DNA of 64,000 nt. It comes from Mobula hypostoma (lineage: Eukaryota). Under the pieces are notes generated by a model. That model saw only the letters and a list, made by a program, of their open reading frames with translations, was not told the origin of the DNA and searched no databases. A program made the position numbers and the translations under genes. Where the stretch lies: contig NC_086108.1 in the NCBI RefSeq assembly GCF_963921235.1, positions 85,376,001-85,440,000 of the forward strand, given 5' to 3'. Of the stretch, positions 24,271 to 36,402 are shown piece by piece (position 1 is the stretch's first letter; each line of letters opens with the position of its first letter).

Positions 24271-26109
24271 TTCCAGATACACTTCCAAGTGCGGTTTAAA
24301 TGTGATGAGAATTTCCATTATTGTGACCATTTATTACAGAGAGTTGCAGAATTCCACCACCCCTAGTTGAAAACAATTTTTCTTAACTTTCCTCTCATCC
24401 TTCTAGGAATTACAGTAGAAACTAAAAGATCACTGTCTGTGATAAATGAAATTAGGAGAATATTCAGTCTCCAATTGATTGTAATTAACAAGTAATGGGT
24501 TATTTTCTGTAGGCTTCTGTAATTAGAAACTAAAGGGTCACTAACATCTCCATTATGTAAAAGGTCAATTCTCAATATACATTTATTATACAATTATGTT
24601 CACATCACGCATCTGGCCTTTCTTCTTGCTTTTCTCCAGTTCTCTTCTGGTATATCTTGACCTATTCACTGCAAAAGTTCAAAGAGATTGGCCAAAAAAA
24701 ATCTCCGTTTCTCAGATGCTCAGAGAAAGTCAAACAAATGACCAGATGGAATGGGATAGATTCACAGGCAAACAGCTTCAGTTTTCTAGTATTCATTTTT
24801 AGCACCAATTGCTAAACAAGACCATCATGCGCACAAACTGTTCACAGATAATGATGAGGCAATAAGAATTCATGCATGTAATGGTATCATTATCATTTTT
24901 GGAGATGAAAGGATAATGGAGATAGACTGCACTTTCAAAACCCAGGTCAGGTACTCGCAATTGCTGATGCCAATGGAATATTGAGTTGGACATGAAACAA
25001 ATGGTTGTGAATCCTGGTATGTAGTGATCTTTCAGCCTTGCCATTATCATTGCTAAAGAAAAAGGATTTTAGTACTGTTTTGTTCCTTCCATCTGAATGA
25101 ATCAAATATAAAGCAGATCAAAGATAATTATTGTAGCAGATTTAGCAGAAGTTAGATCAGACAACGGGCACTTGTGCAATTTACTCTCTTTCTGCTTGCT
25201 CATTGTACAGAAAATTGGATTTTTGCGCTTCTCACCTACAGTGAATGTACTCGAGTTATATTCCATCCATAACATATTTACGACGAATTGTTACGGGCAC
25301 AGACTTTAAAGAAATATGGTCAAAATGTGACCTCAGTTGGTCGTGCTGAACACACAATATAGTAATGATCATGCACTGTATTCTGCTTTATTGAAATCTA
25401 TATCTAGAATCATTCTGGGACTAACTTCATAGCAATAACTGCTGGGGCTCCCCTCCCCCCCAGCTTTCTCAAGGACAATTAGTAGTAATAGGCCAATGAA
25501 GCAGGTCTCGCCATAGATACCTATCTTTATCAAAGAAGTTGTTTCTTATACTCTATGGATTTGTATTGAGAATATTCATTTGAGCCTCACAACCAGACCT
25601 GTCTTATTTTAAGAACTTTGTGTAAATGTAAATGTGATCAACTAATGGGAGACTTTTTGAAGAGAAATAAGCCAATTCTTGTATTTTTGTCTTTTTCGGG
25701 TGACTTCATAGAATGAGAATAGCTTGGAGCAAAGAAGGATGACATTCTATTGAGTGTTCGTGCTGGCTTTTTGAAAATACTATACAATTGGTTCCCATCT
25801 GCTGTTCTTTCTGAGAATCCCATAAATTTTCCTTTTCAAGAGATCACCCAATTTACATTTGAAGGTTGTTATTGAATTTGCTTCCAGCGACATTCAGGCA
25901 GTGCATTCCAGATTGCACAGTGACTACATGATATGCAAAGAACACAACCACTTTTATCTTGCCCTACAGTTTGCACACCACCTGATTTGGATGTGTATTG
26001 CCAATCATTCCTTGTTGCTGGGTCTAAGTCCCACAGCTCACCACCCAACAGTACCATTAGAGTGTTTCAGCTGAAAGACTGCAATGGTTCATGAAGAAGA
26101 CGATTCGTT

Positions 26110-26300
26110 ACCTGGAACAAAAACAAACTGTTGGAGGAACACAACAGGTTAATGCGTCTGGACTGATGAAGGGTCTCAGCTTGAAAGACTGACAGGCCGT
26201 TTCCCTCCACAGATGCTGCCTGACCATTTGAGCATCTGACCATCCAGTATTTGTTTTCTGCTCCAGACTCCAGCATCTGCAGGGTTGTGTGTCTCTGACT
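26110..26300 (+). mobile_element. Short Penelope-derived pLTR fragment with hammerhead remnant
   Basis: ctgatgaagggtctcagcttgaaa..agatgctgcctgacc..ccagcatctgcag. Confidence 0.65.
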
Positions 26301-26354
26301 AATCTCCACTTTCTTAAGGGTACTGGGAACTGGGCAATAAATCCAGATCTTAAT

Positions 26355-26765
26355 GATAAAGAGATGAGCTTTATTTGTCACATGTGCATTGAAACATCAA
26401 AACGTAAAGTGAAAGACATCAGAGATATGCCGGGGCAGTCTGAAAATGTCACCATACTTCCAGCTTCAACATAGCACGTCTGCAACTACTAACTCTAACC
26501 CGTACGTTTTTGGAATCTTGAAGGAAACTGGGGCACTTGGAAGAAACCCATGTCATCGTGGGGAGAATGTACAAACTCCTACAGCAGTAGGAAATGAACC
26601 CAATCTTTACACCTAGTGCTGCAAAGCATTTTGATAGTCAATAGGCTGCTGTGCCACCCAGAAGAGAACATGTAAACCCCATTCAGGCAGTACCTGAGGT
26701 CAGGATTGAACCCAGGTTTCTAGTGCTCTGAAATAGTGGCTCTGCCCACTATACCCCTGTGCTGG
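26355..26765 (-). mobile_element. tRNA-derived V-domain SINE(s), HE1-like
   Basis: Reverse complement of the V-domain (ggaaactggggcacttggaagaaacccatg..ggggagaatgtacaaactcc) plus B-box-like gaaccc; a second head lies near 26700-26765. Confidence 0.65.
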
Positions 26766-27294
26766 CCAATTCTCAACGACTCCCAAGTTCCCAAAAACAG
26801 ATAACAAAATTCTCCTGTTCTCCTTCCCCATTACTTTGAATTTATCCTCATTTCAGTAGGAAGATCCAGTCTGGTAGGATTCCATTTGCTGCTACTCGGC
26901 TAGCACAATTGAGGATAAGCCCTACCGAATGAGAGTTCATTTAAATGAATGATCTTTTTCTCACATTTATTATTCAGAAAGGAGACACAAGCTCTCCAAA
27001 GTTATAGCTCTCATTAATTTAGAGCAAATTTAGCCCTCTTCACATGTAATCATGTTCCCTGGATTTTCTTTCTGTATTCAGCAAATTTTATATATCCACC
27101 CTTTTGATTTACTTCAGTTATAAATGCCCAGACAATATCCCACCTTGATCTGTCTACTTGCGAGAAAAAATTGATTTTCTTTGAATTCTTTCACAGATCA
27201 TACCCCAGATATCTGCAGAACAGGACAGTCCTACTTGCCTTTAATTAAACTTTTCAAAACTGATATGATTTTTATAAGTCAAAAACTATACACA

Positions 27295-27950
27295 TGAAAC
27301 ACCCTGGTTTCCTTGGCTGCTTAAGTCTAGGAAAGACACTCTCAAGTCCTGTCAAGCTGATGAGATTGAGACAGCTCATCCCACCCCAAACGCCGGTTTG
27401 TGTGGATGCTCTGTAATTTGCTACCTGGTTACAAATTAGTGCCACGAAATAAACGACGGTACACTGCATACAATTAAAGGAATTATATTTATGAATGCTA
27501 ACTAAAGGGTTATTAAAGAATAACAGAAAGGAAAGGGCCCATTCTAATTAAACAGTCAAATGTGCACAAGTTGGAGCTGATCTTGAACTTCTCTGACACT
27601 CGCGCGCTGGGCCCTTGGTCAGCGTCAACACCCACACCATCTTCCACACGTCGCACGCAATCCACCTCAAACAAACGGGTCTCCCGCCGGATTGAATGCT
27701 ATGACCAGTTCTCCTCAGCATCTTCTCTCTTCATCCCCTGCTGAAAAAAAGCCCCAAGCCCAGCTTCAGTGTCCCTCACCAGAGAAACTTCCCCTTAGTT
27801 TGACCATTCTAATTGGTTGGCACACATTTCTCCTTGTCTCTTATCTTCAACACTAACTCAAACAAGCTGAAAACAGAACAGACTGCTGTTACAGAACTGC
27901 TAAATGAAATACCTACAGTGAAACAGTAAAAATATGAACAGGCCATTACA
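27295..27950. mobile_element. Solo LTR (656 bp)
   Basis: Termini TGAAAC..ATTACA with a 4-bp TSD caca (27291-27294 / 27951-27954); no coding content. Confidence 0.65.
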
Positions 27951-28857
27951 CACAAAATTTACCAAGCAAAATATCCTGCATATGAAATCAGTAGAACGTT
28001 GCTTAGTATGGGCCAAATTTGATCGTATTGACCCTGGGGTTATTTATCTCCTCCATTGTTGTATGGAGTTTTAAATGTAAAGACTGATCAGCTTGATCCT
28101 AATTTGTGATTTTAGTGTAGGAATTCAGAGAAGAAAGGATGATGAATAATCCACACTTAAGTTTGTTTATATTGTCACTGTTATTTTTAGTGTCTGAACT
28201 TTGTGCTTCCTACCCCCCCCTTCCTGAAATCAATACCCAGCTCTTATATCGAGGGAAAGTTGTTGACATGACACCATGTTACTAAGCTCTCTATCTCCTG
28301 GCTATGTGACAACTCATCATTATTTGTGATAAGGCCCACTATGGTGGTCTCATCTGAAAACCTGTGGATGGAGTTAGAGCAGATTCTGGCCATGCAGTCA
28401 TGAGTGAACAGGCTAGTAAATAGTTCCTTTGGTCAATCAGATTACCTTTGGATTTCTACCTCTTTATGATTTTGCAGTTTATTGCTTACCTGCACTGCAC
28501 TATCTCTATAGCTGTTATATTTAATTCTGCAATGTTATTGTTTTACCTTGTTCTACTTCAATGTATTATATAATGATTCAAACCCTATAAACAGTATGTA
28601 AGACAAGCTTTTCATTGTTTCTCAGTACATGTGACAATGATAATAAACTAATTCCAATTCTAATTCCATGGAAACTCAACAGCTGAAAGGAAACATAGTG
28701 GTGTAGCTGCAAGAATTATGTCCCTTTAAACACTGCCTGTGTTTCATGGGCAGCAGGACTGACTTTTCCATGGCCTATAAAGCAACCAGCAATTTGTCTG
28801 ATCACCAGACCTCCAACTACTGTCTTCCTTCACAATCCAAATCCCACACCCAAGATC

Positions 28858-30320
28858 TTAGAAACATAGAAAAAACAGATAGAAAACCTACAGCACAATA
28901 CAGGCCCTTCGGCCCACAATGCTGTGCTGAACATGTACTTACTTTAGAAATTACCTAGGGTTACCCATAGCCCTCTATTTTTCTAAGTTCAATATACCTA
29001 TCCAGGAGTCCCTTAAAAGACCCTATCGTATCTGCCGTTACCGGCAACCCATTCCATGCACTCACCACTCTGTGCAAAAAACTAACCCCTGACATCTCCT
29101 CTGTACCTACGTACTTCTAAGCACCTTAAAACTGTGCCATTTCAGCCTATTGTAAAAAATATACTACTTATAATGAAGATTAGTGAGGCACAGAGAGATC
29201 TGTATATTTACTGACAAGTACCTTCATTGTTTAAACTAACAAGAATGTGAATTCATACACTACATACCTTGTGTGCACACCCACTAAGTATCCCTGACTC
29301 TCCTGAATAGTCAAAGAATAGCAAAGGTATTACCCGGGCAAAGGAGTTTACGCTGGCCAGGCGTTCCTCGTTGTTCCGACTCACTCGCCACGTGTTCCAC
29401 GCAGGGTTGCTCTGCGATGGTTATTCTTTGAAGTTATTGCTGCCAGCACACAGGAAGCATCCACTTTTATACTCATTCCTTATCAATTCAAATATCGCAT
29501 TCCAGTGTCATTGGCCACAGGTCATGTGTCTGTCCTTTAACACCTTGTTATTGGCTCTGCTCCAAGCCAGCATGCATTCATTGCCCTCTTCCCATCAAGT
29601 GACAGTCGATAACTTATGGCTCTTTGTTTTCAATCAGCAATGAGCTCGAATCACTTCAGGCAGGCATCAATCCCAACATTCAAAAACCTGCATGTTATAG
29701 CCAACCAAAGAACATCTCACAAATAACTTCTTATTTGGAAATGATCTCCAGTCCAACAGATTACCTGAACTATCATTGTGTCTTCTTTAAAACATTGATC
29801 AAGCCTAGCATGTCAAGCTCACAAAATGGAGAATAGAGTGTCTTCACAAAATGGCAGCCTCCATTCCCAAGCATGTGGCAAGAACAAAGACAGTTAGTCT
29901 GTCTGCTTCCACTGTCCTTAGTTCATTTGAATTCACTGATTTGTAGATTGTCACTCTTTCTGGCCAACAAGCCCTAGGAAAAAGCCTCTGACTATCTACA
30001 TGTTCAATGCCTCTCATCATCTTATACACCTCTATCAGATCACCTCTCATCCTCCATCACTCCAAAGGGAAAAGGCCAAGTTCACTCAACCTATTCTCAT
30101 AAGACATGCTCCTCAATCCAGGCAACATCCTTGTTAATTTCCTCTGCACCCTTTCTATAGTTTTCACATCCTTCCTGTAATGAGGTGACTAGAACTGAGC
30201 ACAGTACTCCAAGTGGGGTCTGAGCAGGGTCCCATATAGCTGTAACATTACCCCTTGCCTCTTGAACTCTGCCCTACTGTTGATGAAGGCCAACACACTG
30301 TATGCCTTCTTAACCAACAA
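28858..30320 (-). mobile_element. CR1 3' fragment (28858-29147 plus 29970-30320), split by a solo LTR
   Basis: Tail agaaacatagaaa; MRGDLIEVYKMMRGI on the minus strand; close inverted homologue of 12090-12965. Confidence 0.88.
29148..29969. mobile_element. Solo LTR (822 bp) nested in CR1
   Basis: Termini t(a)ttg..caaca with a 4-bp TSD agcc (29144-29147 / 29970-29973); the CR1 sequence joins cleanly across it. Confidence 0.75.
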
Positions 30321-30324
30321 AGGG

Positions 30325-30468
30325 TTTCTGTGGCAAGTTTTGGAAGTAGATTACCAGGCCTTTCTTTCACGCAGATACTGCAGCTGCCCAGCTTGGGACG
30401 CAACTGGATTCGAACTCAGGACCAACCACCTCAAAGTGCAGTGCTGGTGCCACTACACCATCTGCCAG
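30325..30468 (-). mobile_element. tRNA-derived SINE head
   Basis: Minus strand reads ggcagatggtgtagtggc (A box)..gagttcgaatcc (B box). Confidence 0.6.
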
Positions 30469-31188
30469 CTCTTTATCTTGATTATCATAATGTAACAAAC
30501 TTTAACGATCAGACTAATCCCTTCACTTGCGTTCTAACTGTACTCTTTTGGAATCGGAATTGGAATTCATTTATTATTGTCATATGTACCGGTTGCAGAA
30601 GCAGGTACAGAGGCCCAGATTTTGGAGCTTGTTGATTAGTACTGAGGGTGTGATGTTGATGAATGCTGAGCTGTAATCAGCCGTCCCCCACCTTCTTGCT
30701 CTAACTTCTCATCTTTTTTTCCAGTCCTGAAGAAGTGTCTTGGCCCGATACTGTCATGGTCCGGATCGGGGTCCCTTTAAATTTACTTTGTTTATGTTAC
30801 GATCCGAACCGTTGACTCCCTGTTTCCCTTTGGTTCCCTGTTTTCCTGTGTCCCTCGGCTTTGGTGATTGGAGGCAATTTACTCTCGACTGAAACGGTAG
30901 ATTATAGTCTCCGGCTTTCAGCCATTCAGCGCGAGAGCGTCTGCAAAGTCACCAAAGGTACGGTGTGCCAATGTCATCTGGCTGGAACAAGACTAGTCTC
31001 TGCCCGAAGCGAGTGCCGGTAATTCGTCTTTCGTCACCGGAGCAACTTTGTCAAGTTACATTGCCAAAGCAAGCCTGCAAAGTTTCCTCACCGAGGTGGC
31101 TCCGTCAGTTAACCCACTGGAGGGAATCAAGTACCGCTGTCTACTGTTCCCGGGCTGAGTCGAGAGCTCGCCACTGCCCGGAGGCTCA

Positions 31189-31315
31189 AGTCAAGTCCTG
31201 GCTCCGGGGGCATTCAAGCACTGAGTCGAGTCCTGGCTCCGGCGGCAATCAAGCACCAAGTCGAGTCCTGGCCTTGGCGGCTTCCGAGTTCCGAGTCGAG
31301 TCCTGGCCCTGGCGG
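31189..31315 (+). repeat. 35-bp-period tandem array (about 4 units) in the LTR
   Basis: agtc(g/a)agtcctgg starts at 31189, 31224, 31259 and 31294. Confidence 0.9.
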
Positions 31316-31460
31316 TCTGTGATTCCTGTCCTACCCCACTGTCTGAATCCCTTCTCTGCCCCTCTCACCTCTAGCCCTCAACTGCAGTCCTCGCCTGCAC
31401 TTCGGTCTAGTTCTATCGCCGGAGCTAGATAGGTACTGTCTGGTGTTCTTTCGTGTTGGT

Positions 31461-31671
31461 CTTGTCTTGTTCTCGCCTCCGTGGGGGTAAGTCTGGCCGT
31501 CTTGCCGTTGCCCCGCGGGGGGTCATGTCGTGTCTTGTCTTGTCCTCGCCTCCGTGGGGTAAGTCAGGCCATCTTGCTGTTGCCCCGCGGGGGGTCATGT
31601 TTTTTCTTGTCTTGTCCTCGCCTCCGTGGGGTAAGTCAGGTCGTCTTGCCATTGCCCTGCCGGGGGTCATG
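31461..31671 (+). repeat. 72-73-bp tandem repeat x3 in the LTR
   Basis: cttgtcttgt(t/c)ctcgcctccgtgggg..gggggtcatg starts at 31461, 31534 and 31606. Confidence 0.95.
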
Positions 31672-33091
31672 AGTCCTGGCCCTATGTCCTGTACCCAAGG
31701 AGGGGTCCCGACTCTGTGTTCTGTGTATGTGTCCATGGTTCCATGTACCTGCTCTCCCGAGACCGAGGCTCTGTGTTCCCATGTTCCTCCTCTCCCTAGC
31801 CCATGTCATGTCCATGCCTGGTTCTAGGGTCCGAGCCCGAGGCAAGACCCAGGTACTGGGTCCCTGCCCAGTCTCGGGCTCGGAGGCCATACCCTAGCCT
31901 CTTTATGTCTCCTTTAGTTCTGGGAGCTGATCCCGAGTCCAAGCCCAGACCCTTGGTCCCAGCCTAGTCGTAGTCCTGAGTCCCTGTCCAGTTCGTTATT
32001 TCCTGCTCCTGCCTTGCTCTCCTGGTATCGAACAATAAACTAAATCTAAGTAACCTCACAAGATGTGTCTTGCAGTTGGGTGCACCCTTGCTCCCAATGC
32101 CCCACGACTGTGACAGATACATCGACTGTTTACTCTTTTCCATAAATTCTGCCTAGCCTGTTGAGTTACTCCAGCATTTTCAGTGTGTTGCTTGGATTTC
32201 CGGCATCAGTAGATTTTATTGTCTTAGCCTGACATCGGTATTGCTATTGTGTATGGAATTACAGAGCTAATCTCAGATGTTCCTAAACTTAGGTTTTGAC
32301 AAATGGGTGAACTCATGACACATCATCTCAACACATCCTATCTACCCACCCACCACTCTTTGCTTCCCTCCCCCCTTTCCTGCCAGCCACCACTGCCTGC
32401 ATGTGAACATTTCTTTTGAACTAAGGGCTTAAACACTCTATTATGGCAACATTGACAGGATATGATAAAGCTTCTTAAACACAGGCAGTCACAATACTAT
32501 TTTTATTAAGTAAGCTGAGAGATTTTTCTTTGCTACCTGAGGGCTGCACAATTATGATATAGTTAAAATATTTTGTTTTGATGTCTTTTTCTTGTCTTTC
32601 TCAGCAAGATATGTGAGTCACTGTCTATATCCTGTGACCTGAGAGGCTGATTTTGGGGTGGAGACCTTTCCAGATATAGTTAATGATTTTCCCTCAGGGA
32701 TTAATTTGCCTTTGGTTTCTGTGATGGGAACTTGGTACATGCTAAGAGTGACCACTTAAAAGATTGACACTATAACTTCCTTTGCCGGCTACATCTGGAG
32801 GTGTATGGTGTGCAGTCTGTTTATATACAAAGCTGTGCTTCAGTGCATTAGAAAACAATAAATGGCATGTACTGAGTCACTCTCAAGGACTCTATCACTT
32901 GTTCTCAATATTATTATTCTTATTATTTGTATTTTCACAGTTTGTCTTCTTTTGCAGTTTGGTTGTTTATCTGTCTTTGATTACGTGCAGTTTTTTTGTT
33001 GATTTTATTGTGTTTCTTTGTATCTACTGTGAATGCCCACAAGAAAATGAATCTCAGGATAGTATCTGGTGACGTATACATATGTTGCTGA

Positions 33092-33308
33092 TAAGCAACA
33101 CACAACATGCTGGAGGAACTGAGCAGGCCAAGCAGCATCAATGGAAAAGAGTAAACGGTTGACATTTCGAGCCGAGATCCTTCATTCGGATTTGTGAAGG
33201 GTCTCAGCCTGAAATGTCAACTGTTTACACTTTTCCATAGATGCTTCCTGACTTGCTGAATTTCTCCAGCATTTTGTGTGTGTGACTTTGCAGATCTTCT
33301 CATGTTTG
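33092..33308. mobile_element. Miniature fold-back Penelope pLTR (centre ~33188)
   Basis: cacacaacatgctggaggaactgagcagg..ccttca mirrored by tgaagggtctcagcctgaaa..cttgctgaatttctccagcattttgtgtg. It sits within a Rex-type 3' tail. Confidence 0.8.
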
Positions 33309-33424
33309 TACTTTGATAATAAATTTACTTTGGACTTCGAACTCTGAACGACCATTCTGCTTCTCCATCCTCCATGGAGCGTGCCATCGTTGAGGGGGTG
33401 ATTTTGCGTGTCCACATTTAGAGG

Positions 33425-33610
33425 GTGCAACACAGAAAAAAGTGCTGGAGGAACTCAATGGGTCAGACGGACTCTGAGGTGGGAAATGAACAGTCGATGC
33501 TTTGGGAGGCTGTTCATTTCCTTCCAGACATGCCACCTGACCTTGTGACTTCTTCCAGCTTTTTTTGTGAGCTGCTGAGGACTTCCAGCACCTGCAGTCT
33601 TTCTTGCGGC
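33425..33610. mobile_element. Second degenerate miniature fold-back Penelope pLTR
   Basis: aaaaaagtgctggaggaactca..ggtcag mirrored by ctgacc..cttccagctttttt. Confidence 0.6.
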
Positions 33611-33659
33611 TCCATATCTAGAGGGAGTTGGCTTCAAGGAGGCAGTGTATTGGAAAGGA

Positions 33660-34260
33660 AAGGGCAAAATGACTGAGTTTTAGGGTTAATTCAGCACAGT
33701 GCAGGGGCTGAGGGAGGAATGAAGGAAAAATGTTGGAGATAATATTGAGTGGGGCTTTGTTAAAGTGGGAAATGTAAGACAGACAAAGTAAAGCAAAGGC
33801 TGCAGATGGTCAGAGGGAGAAACCAAGGGATGACTTGTCTAACCACTCAGCACATATGATGAAACCAGAAGGTGCATGGCAGGAAGGGAGACATTAGCAA
33901 GGAGGCAGGTGTCAGCAGCTTTAAAACAAGTTTTAGCCAAAGGTGCAAAGGCACTGATAAAGTTGTTCAAGGGAACCATAGGGAGACAATGACTGATTTC
34001 AGATCTAGCTCTAGAAAAGCACTCTGGGGTGGTGTCAATTTAAACAGAAAGGTTAGAATTAATCCCCAGAAGGTGCAGTGGTGGAACGAGGAGCGTATTT
34101 TGAGCTGTCGCTTGCCAGATGGTTGTGACAGGTTCCATGAACTATTTTTCAGAGTGTGCTTAGAAGGGCACCGAGGGTGGCAATTTGAGGGAGATACCTA
34201 ATATATATGTGTTTGGACTGGATCAATTATGATCCATTTTGTTAAGTATCTTCAGTAGTG
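33660..34260 (-). mobile_element. Ancient L2-type LINE RT relic
   Basis: Minus strand has ttttaaagctgct..cctcctt (FKAA..PLL-like), tctggtttca (SGF) and tctgcagcctttg (SAAF) in L2 order. Confidence 0.45.
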
Positions 34261-35057
34261 AAGAAGATAAATGTTTTATTAATGAAGTTATACTAATGGC
34301 GAAGGAAGGCTTGTGATCCTGTGCATTTCCATATTCTCCTGGGGACAGTTAAATGGAACTGTAAAGGATACATACTTTAGACAAGCCCTTTTAACAATCA
34401 AATCTTGTGCTCCCATCAGCATTTCACTGCACCTGCTGTTTTCATTTCTACTCATATCTACATAGGTCAACACATTTAAAACATTGCTTTTTCTTTCTTT
34501 CCTTCCCCCACAGCACATTCTTTGTACAAAATTCTCTGAGGCTCCTTTGATCTTGTTCAAGATAATGCTTTCTGGCCTCTTGCCAAATCTTTCTTGAGGC
34601 TTAATCAAACTGCATTGGAGTGTTTCCTTTCCCTTTTTTTTGTGCTTTACTTTCCCTCTGGACTGAATCATGGTGGTGATGGAATTAGTTGCAGTGGACT
34701 GTTCCAGGTTGAATCCAATTGGCCAAACATTTGGCAGAGTTCCCTTGGCATCACAGTGCTGGAGGTGTCAACTGGGGTTAATTTGCAATCTCTTGCAAAC
34801 ATCCAGGTATGCAGCTGGTCAAGCATAGAGCAGGGATTTCAATCAGTTACTACCCACATCAACATAATCAAGTACTTTTGGAGGGTATATTCGGGCACTG
34901 TACTCCGGCAATAATATTTCCTCTCTTGCTGAATGCTTGGCACAGATTTGTACATTTTCATTACGTTGAAAATTCAGAGCAAAATTTTGAGATTGAAAGG
35001 GAGAAAAATTGAAGAAAGGCACAGCAGAACAGGTCATATCAATTTAAAGTGAACAGA

Positions 35058-35935
35058 TTCAAGTTTCAAGATTATTTATTGTCATTCATCAGTATGTGTG
35101 AAAAGCAAAATAGAATGATTGTTAGGCTGAATCTGTTGCAGCATTAAAAAACACAATAAGCACAAAGAACACAATTTAAAAGAAAACAAAAAACTCATGA
35201 CAAATATAAAAATCTTAGAAAACATAATGTACAAGTAACTATTTGAGTGTGGCCGTATATACATAAGGGGAGAGAACGTCGACTCAGACCATGAGAGGCC
35301 TGCGTTGGGCATTTTCATGCCTTACAAGGCGCAGATTGGAAGTCTGTGTGGGGCGCCGCTCGTCGCACAGACACTAGAGCAATGTGTAGTTAAGTGCCTT
35401 GCTCAAGGACACAAACACGCTGCCACAGCTGTGGCTCGAACTAGCAACCTTGAGGTAACTAGACGAACGCCTTAACCACTTGGACATGTGCCCAACACAA
35501 ATATATTATTATGTATATATTTTATATACATAAAATATAAATATACTTATATAAATTGACTGATTGTATGCGTATAAAGTGATGCTAGGTGCAGGACTGG
35601 CTGATATGGATATCGTGGTAGTAGGAGCTGGTGAGGTGGATTAATGGGTAGAGGTGTTGATCAGCCTGATGGCTTGGAGAAATAAATGTCGTTGAGTCTA
35701 GTAGCCCTGGCGTGGATGTTGTGTAGACTCTTCCATGATGGGAGTGGGCTAAACAGTCCATGAGCAGGGTGGGTGGGATCCTCCTTGACTTCTTCCATGG
35801 CCTTTGTCCAGGTCCTTTCTGTATATATGTCCTCGATGGTGGGTAGGCGTTACCGGTGATGCATGCCTGTTGTACACTCCTCCTCTCTGCCACAGTGCAG
35901 TTTTGGTGCCATGCAGTGAAGCAGGATATTTGGGC
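35058..35935 (-). mobile_element. Rex1-type LINE 3' fragment containing a SINE
   Basis: ttcaagtttcaag tail; CFTAWHQNCT-type RT C-terminal remnant. Confidence 0.7.
35268..35499 (-). mobile_element. tRNA-derived SINE with conserved central domain
   Basis: Minus strand: tgtccaagtggttaagg (A box), agttcgagcc (B box), then gtgtccttgagcaaggcacttaac. Confidence 0.8.
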
Positions 35936-36187
35936 TGCATGCAGCAGTGTTGCGTTGTCTACACTGAGTTTCAACTGTTCTCACATCTGCCGATAAACAT
36001 TTTAGTGCACCATGTGATTCAGTTCTGAAAGAAAAAAGTGGCGTAGCACTGACATGGACAAAACCTGCAAATTGTCCGTATGTCCGATTCTGACCGCCAA
36101 CAGGTTCTGCTTGACTCTCCAGCAGATTGTTTGTTGCTCCATTTTCCAGTATCTGCAGTCTTCTTTTATCTTGCAATTTTCTTCTAG

Positions 36188-36357
36188 GTCTGCCGAGAAC
36201 CTGATGAACTAATACCGTGAGGAGCCATGACAACCGCAGTGAGGAGAGTGCAAAAAGTGGAAGGCACACCTGGGATATTTGTTCACTTCTGTATGACCCC
36301 ACGGCAGCAATGCCCCAGGTTACCCACAATTTCAGCTAGAGCTGGGAATGCCTCGAG
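36188..36357 (+). other. Candidate spliced exon (170 nt) of an unknown transcript
   Basis: Acceptor ttcttttatcttgcaattttcttctag, consensus donor GAG|gtaagt; internal gccATG at 36227 stays open to the donor. Confidence 0.35.
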
Positions 36358-36402
36358 GTAAGTTTCACTAAATAAGGTACTTACCTTCATACCAGACACC
36401 TT

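Larger units (their letters stand above)
30752..32115 (+). mobile_element. Young GC/CpG-rich solo LTR (1364 bp)
   Basis: TGTCA..TGACA termini, perfect 5-bp TSD gatac (30747-30751 / 32116-32120), AATAAA near 32034, two internal tandem arrays. Confidence 0.9.
30680..32225 (+). mobile_element. Penelope pLTR fragment (30680-30751 plus 32116-32225), split by a solo LTR
   Basis: ccagtcctgaagaagtgtcttggcccgatac | atcgactgtttactcttttcc..ccagcattt..gtgtgttgcttggatttcc. Confidence 0.85.

Noticed and set aside
24363..26074. Short ORFs in apparently unique sequence (also ~34288-35037, 40396-41245, 44491-44691, 62940-63521)
   Set aside because: 60-127 codons, often non-ATG starts, with no recognisable motifs or convincing splice signals; consistent with chance.
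31189..31671. Regularly spaced repeats resembling a CRISPR array, and ORFs with 24-aa repeats
   Set aside because: The whole units are related (no unique spacers), there are no cas genes, and they sit inside a TSD-flanked LTR in eukaryotic DNA. The ORFs simply read through the tandem repeat.
35400..35499. tRNA-like sequences (also 30393-30468 and 58747-58815)
   Set aside because: The A/B boxes lead straight into SINE body sequence and there is no intact cloverleaf; they are SINE heads, not tRNA genes.
36201..36235. CTGATGA in the candidate exon as a hammerhead core
   Set aside because: No stem II followed by GAAA and no flanking stem I.
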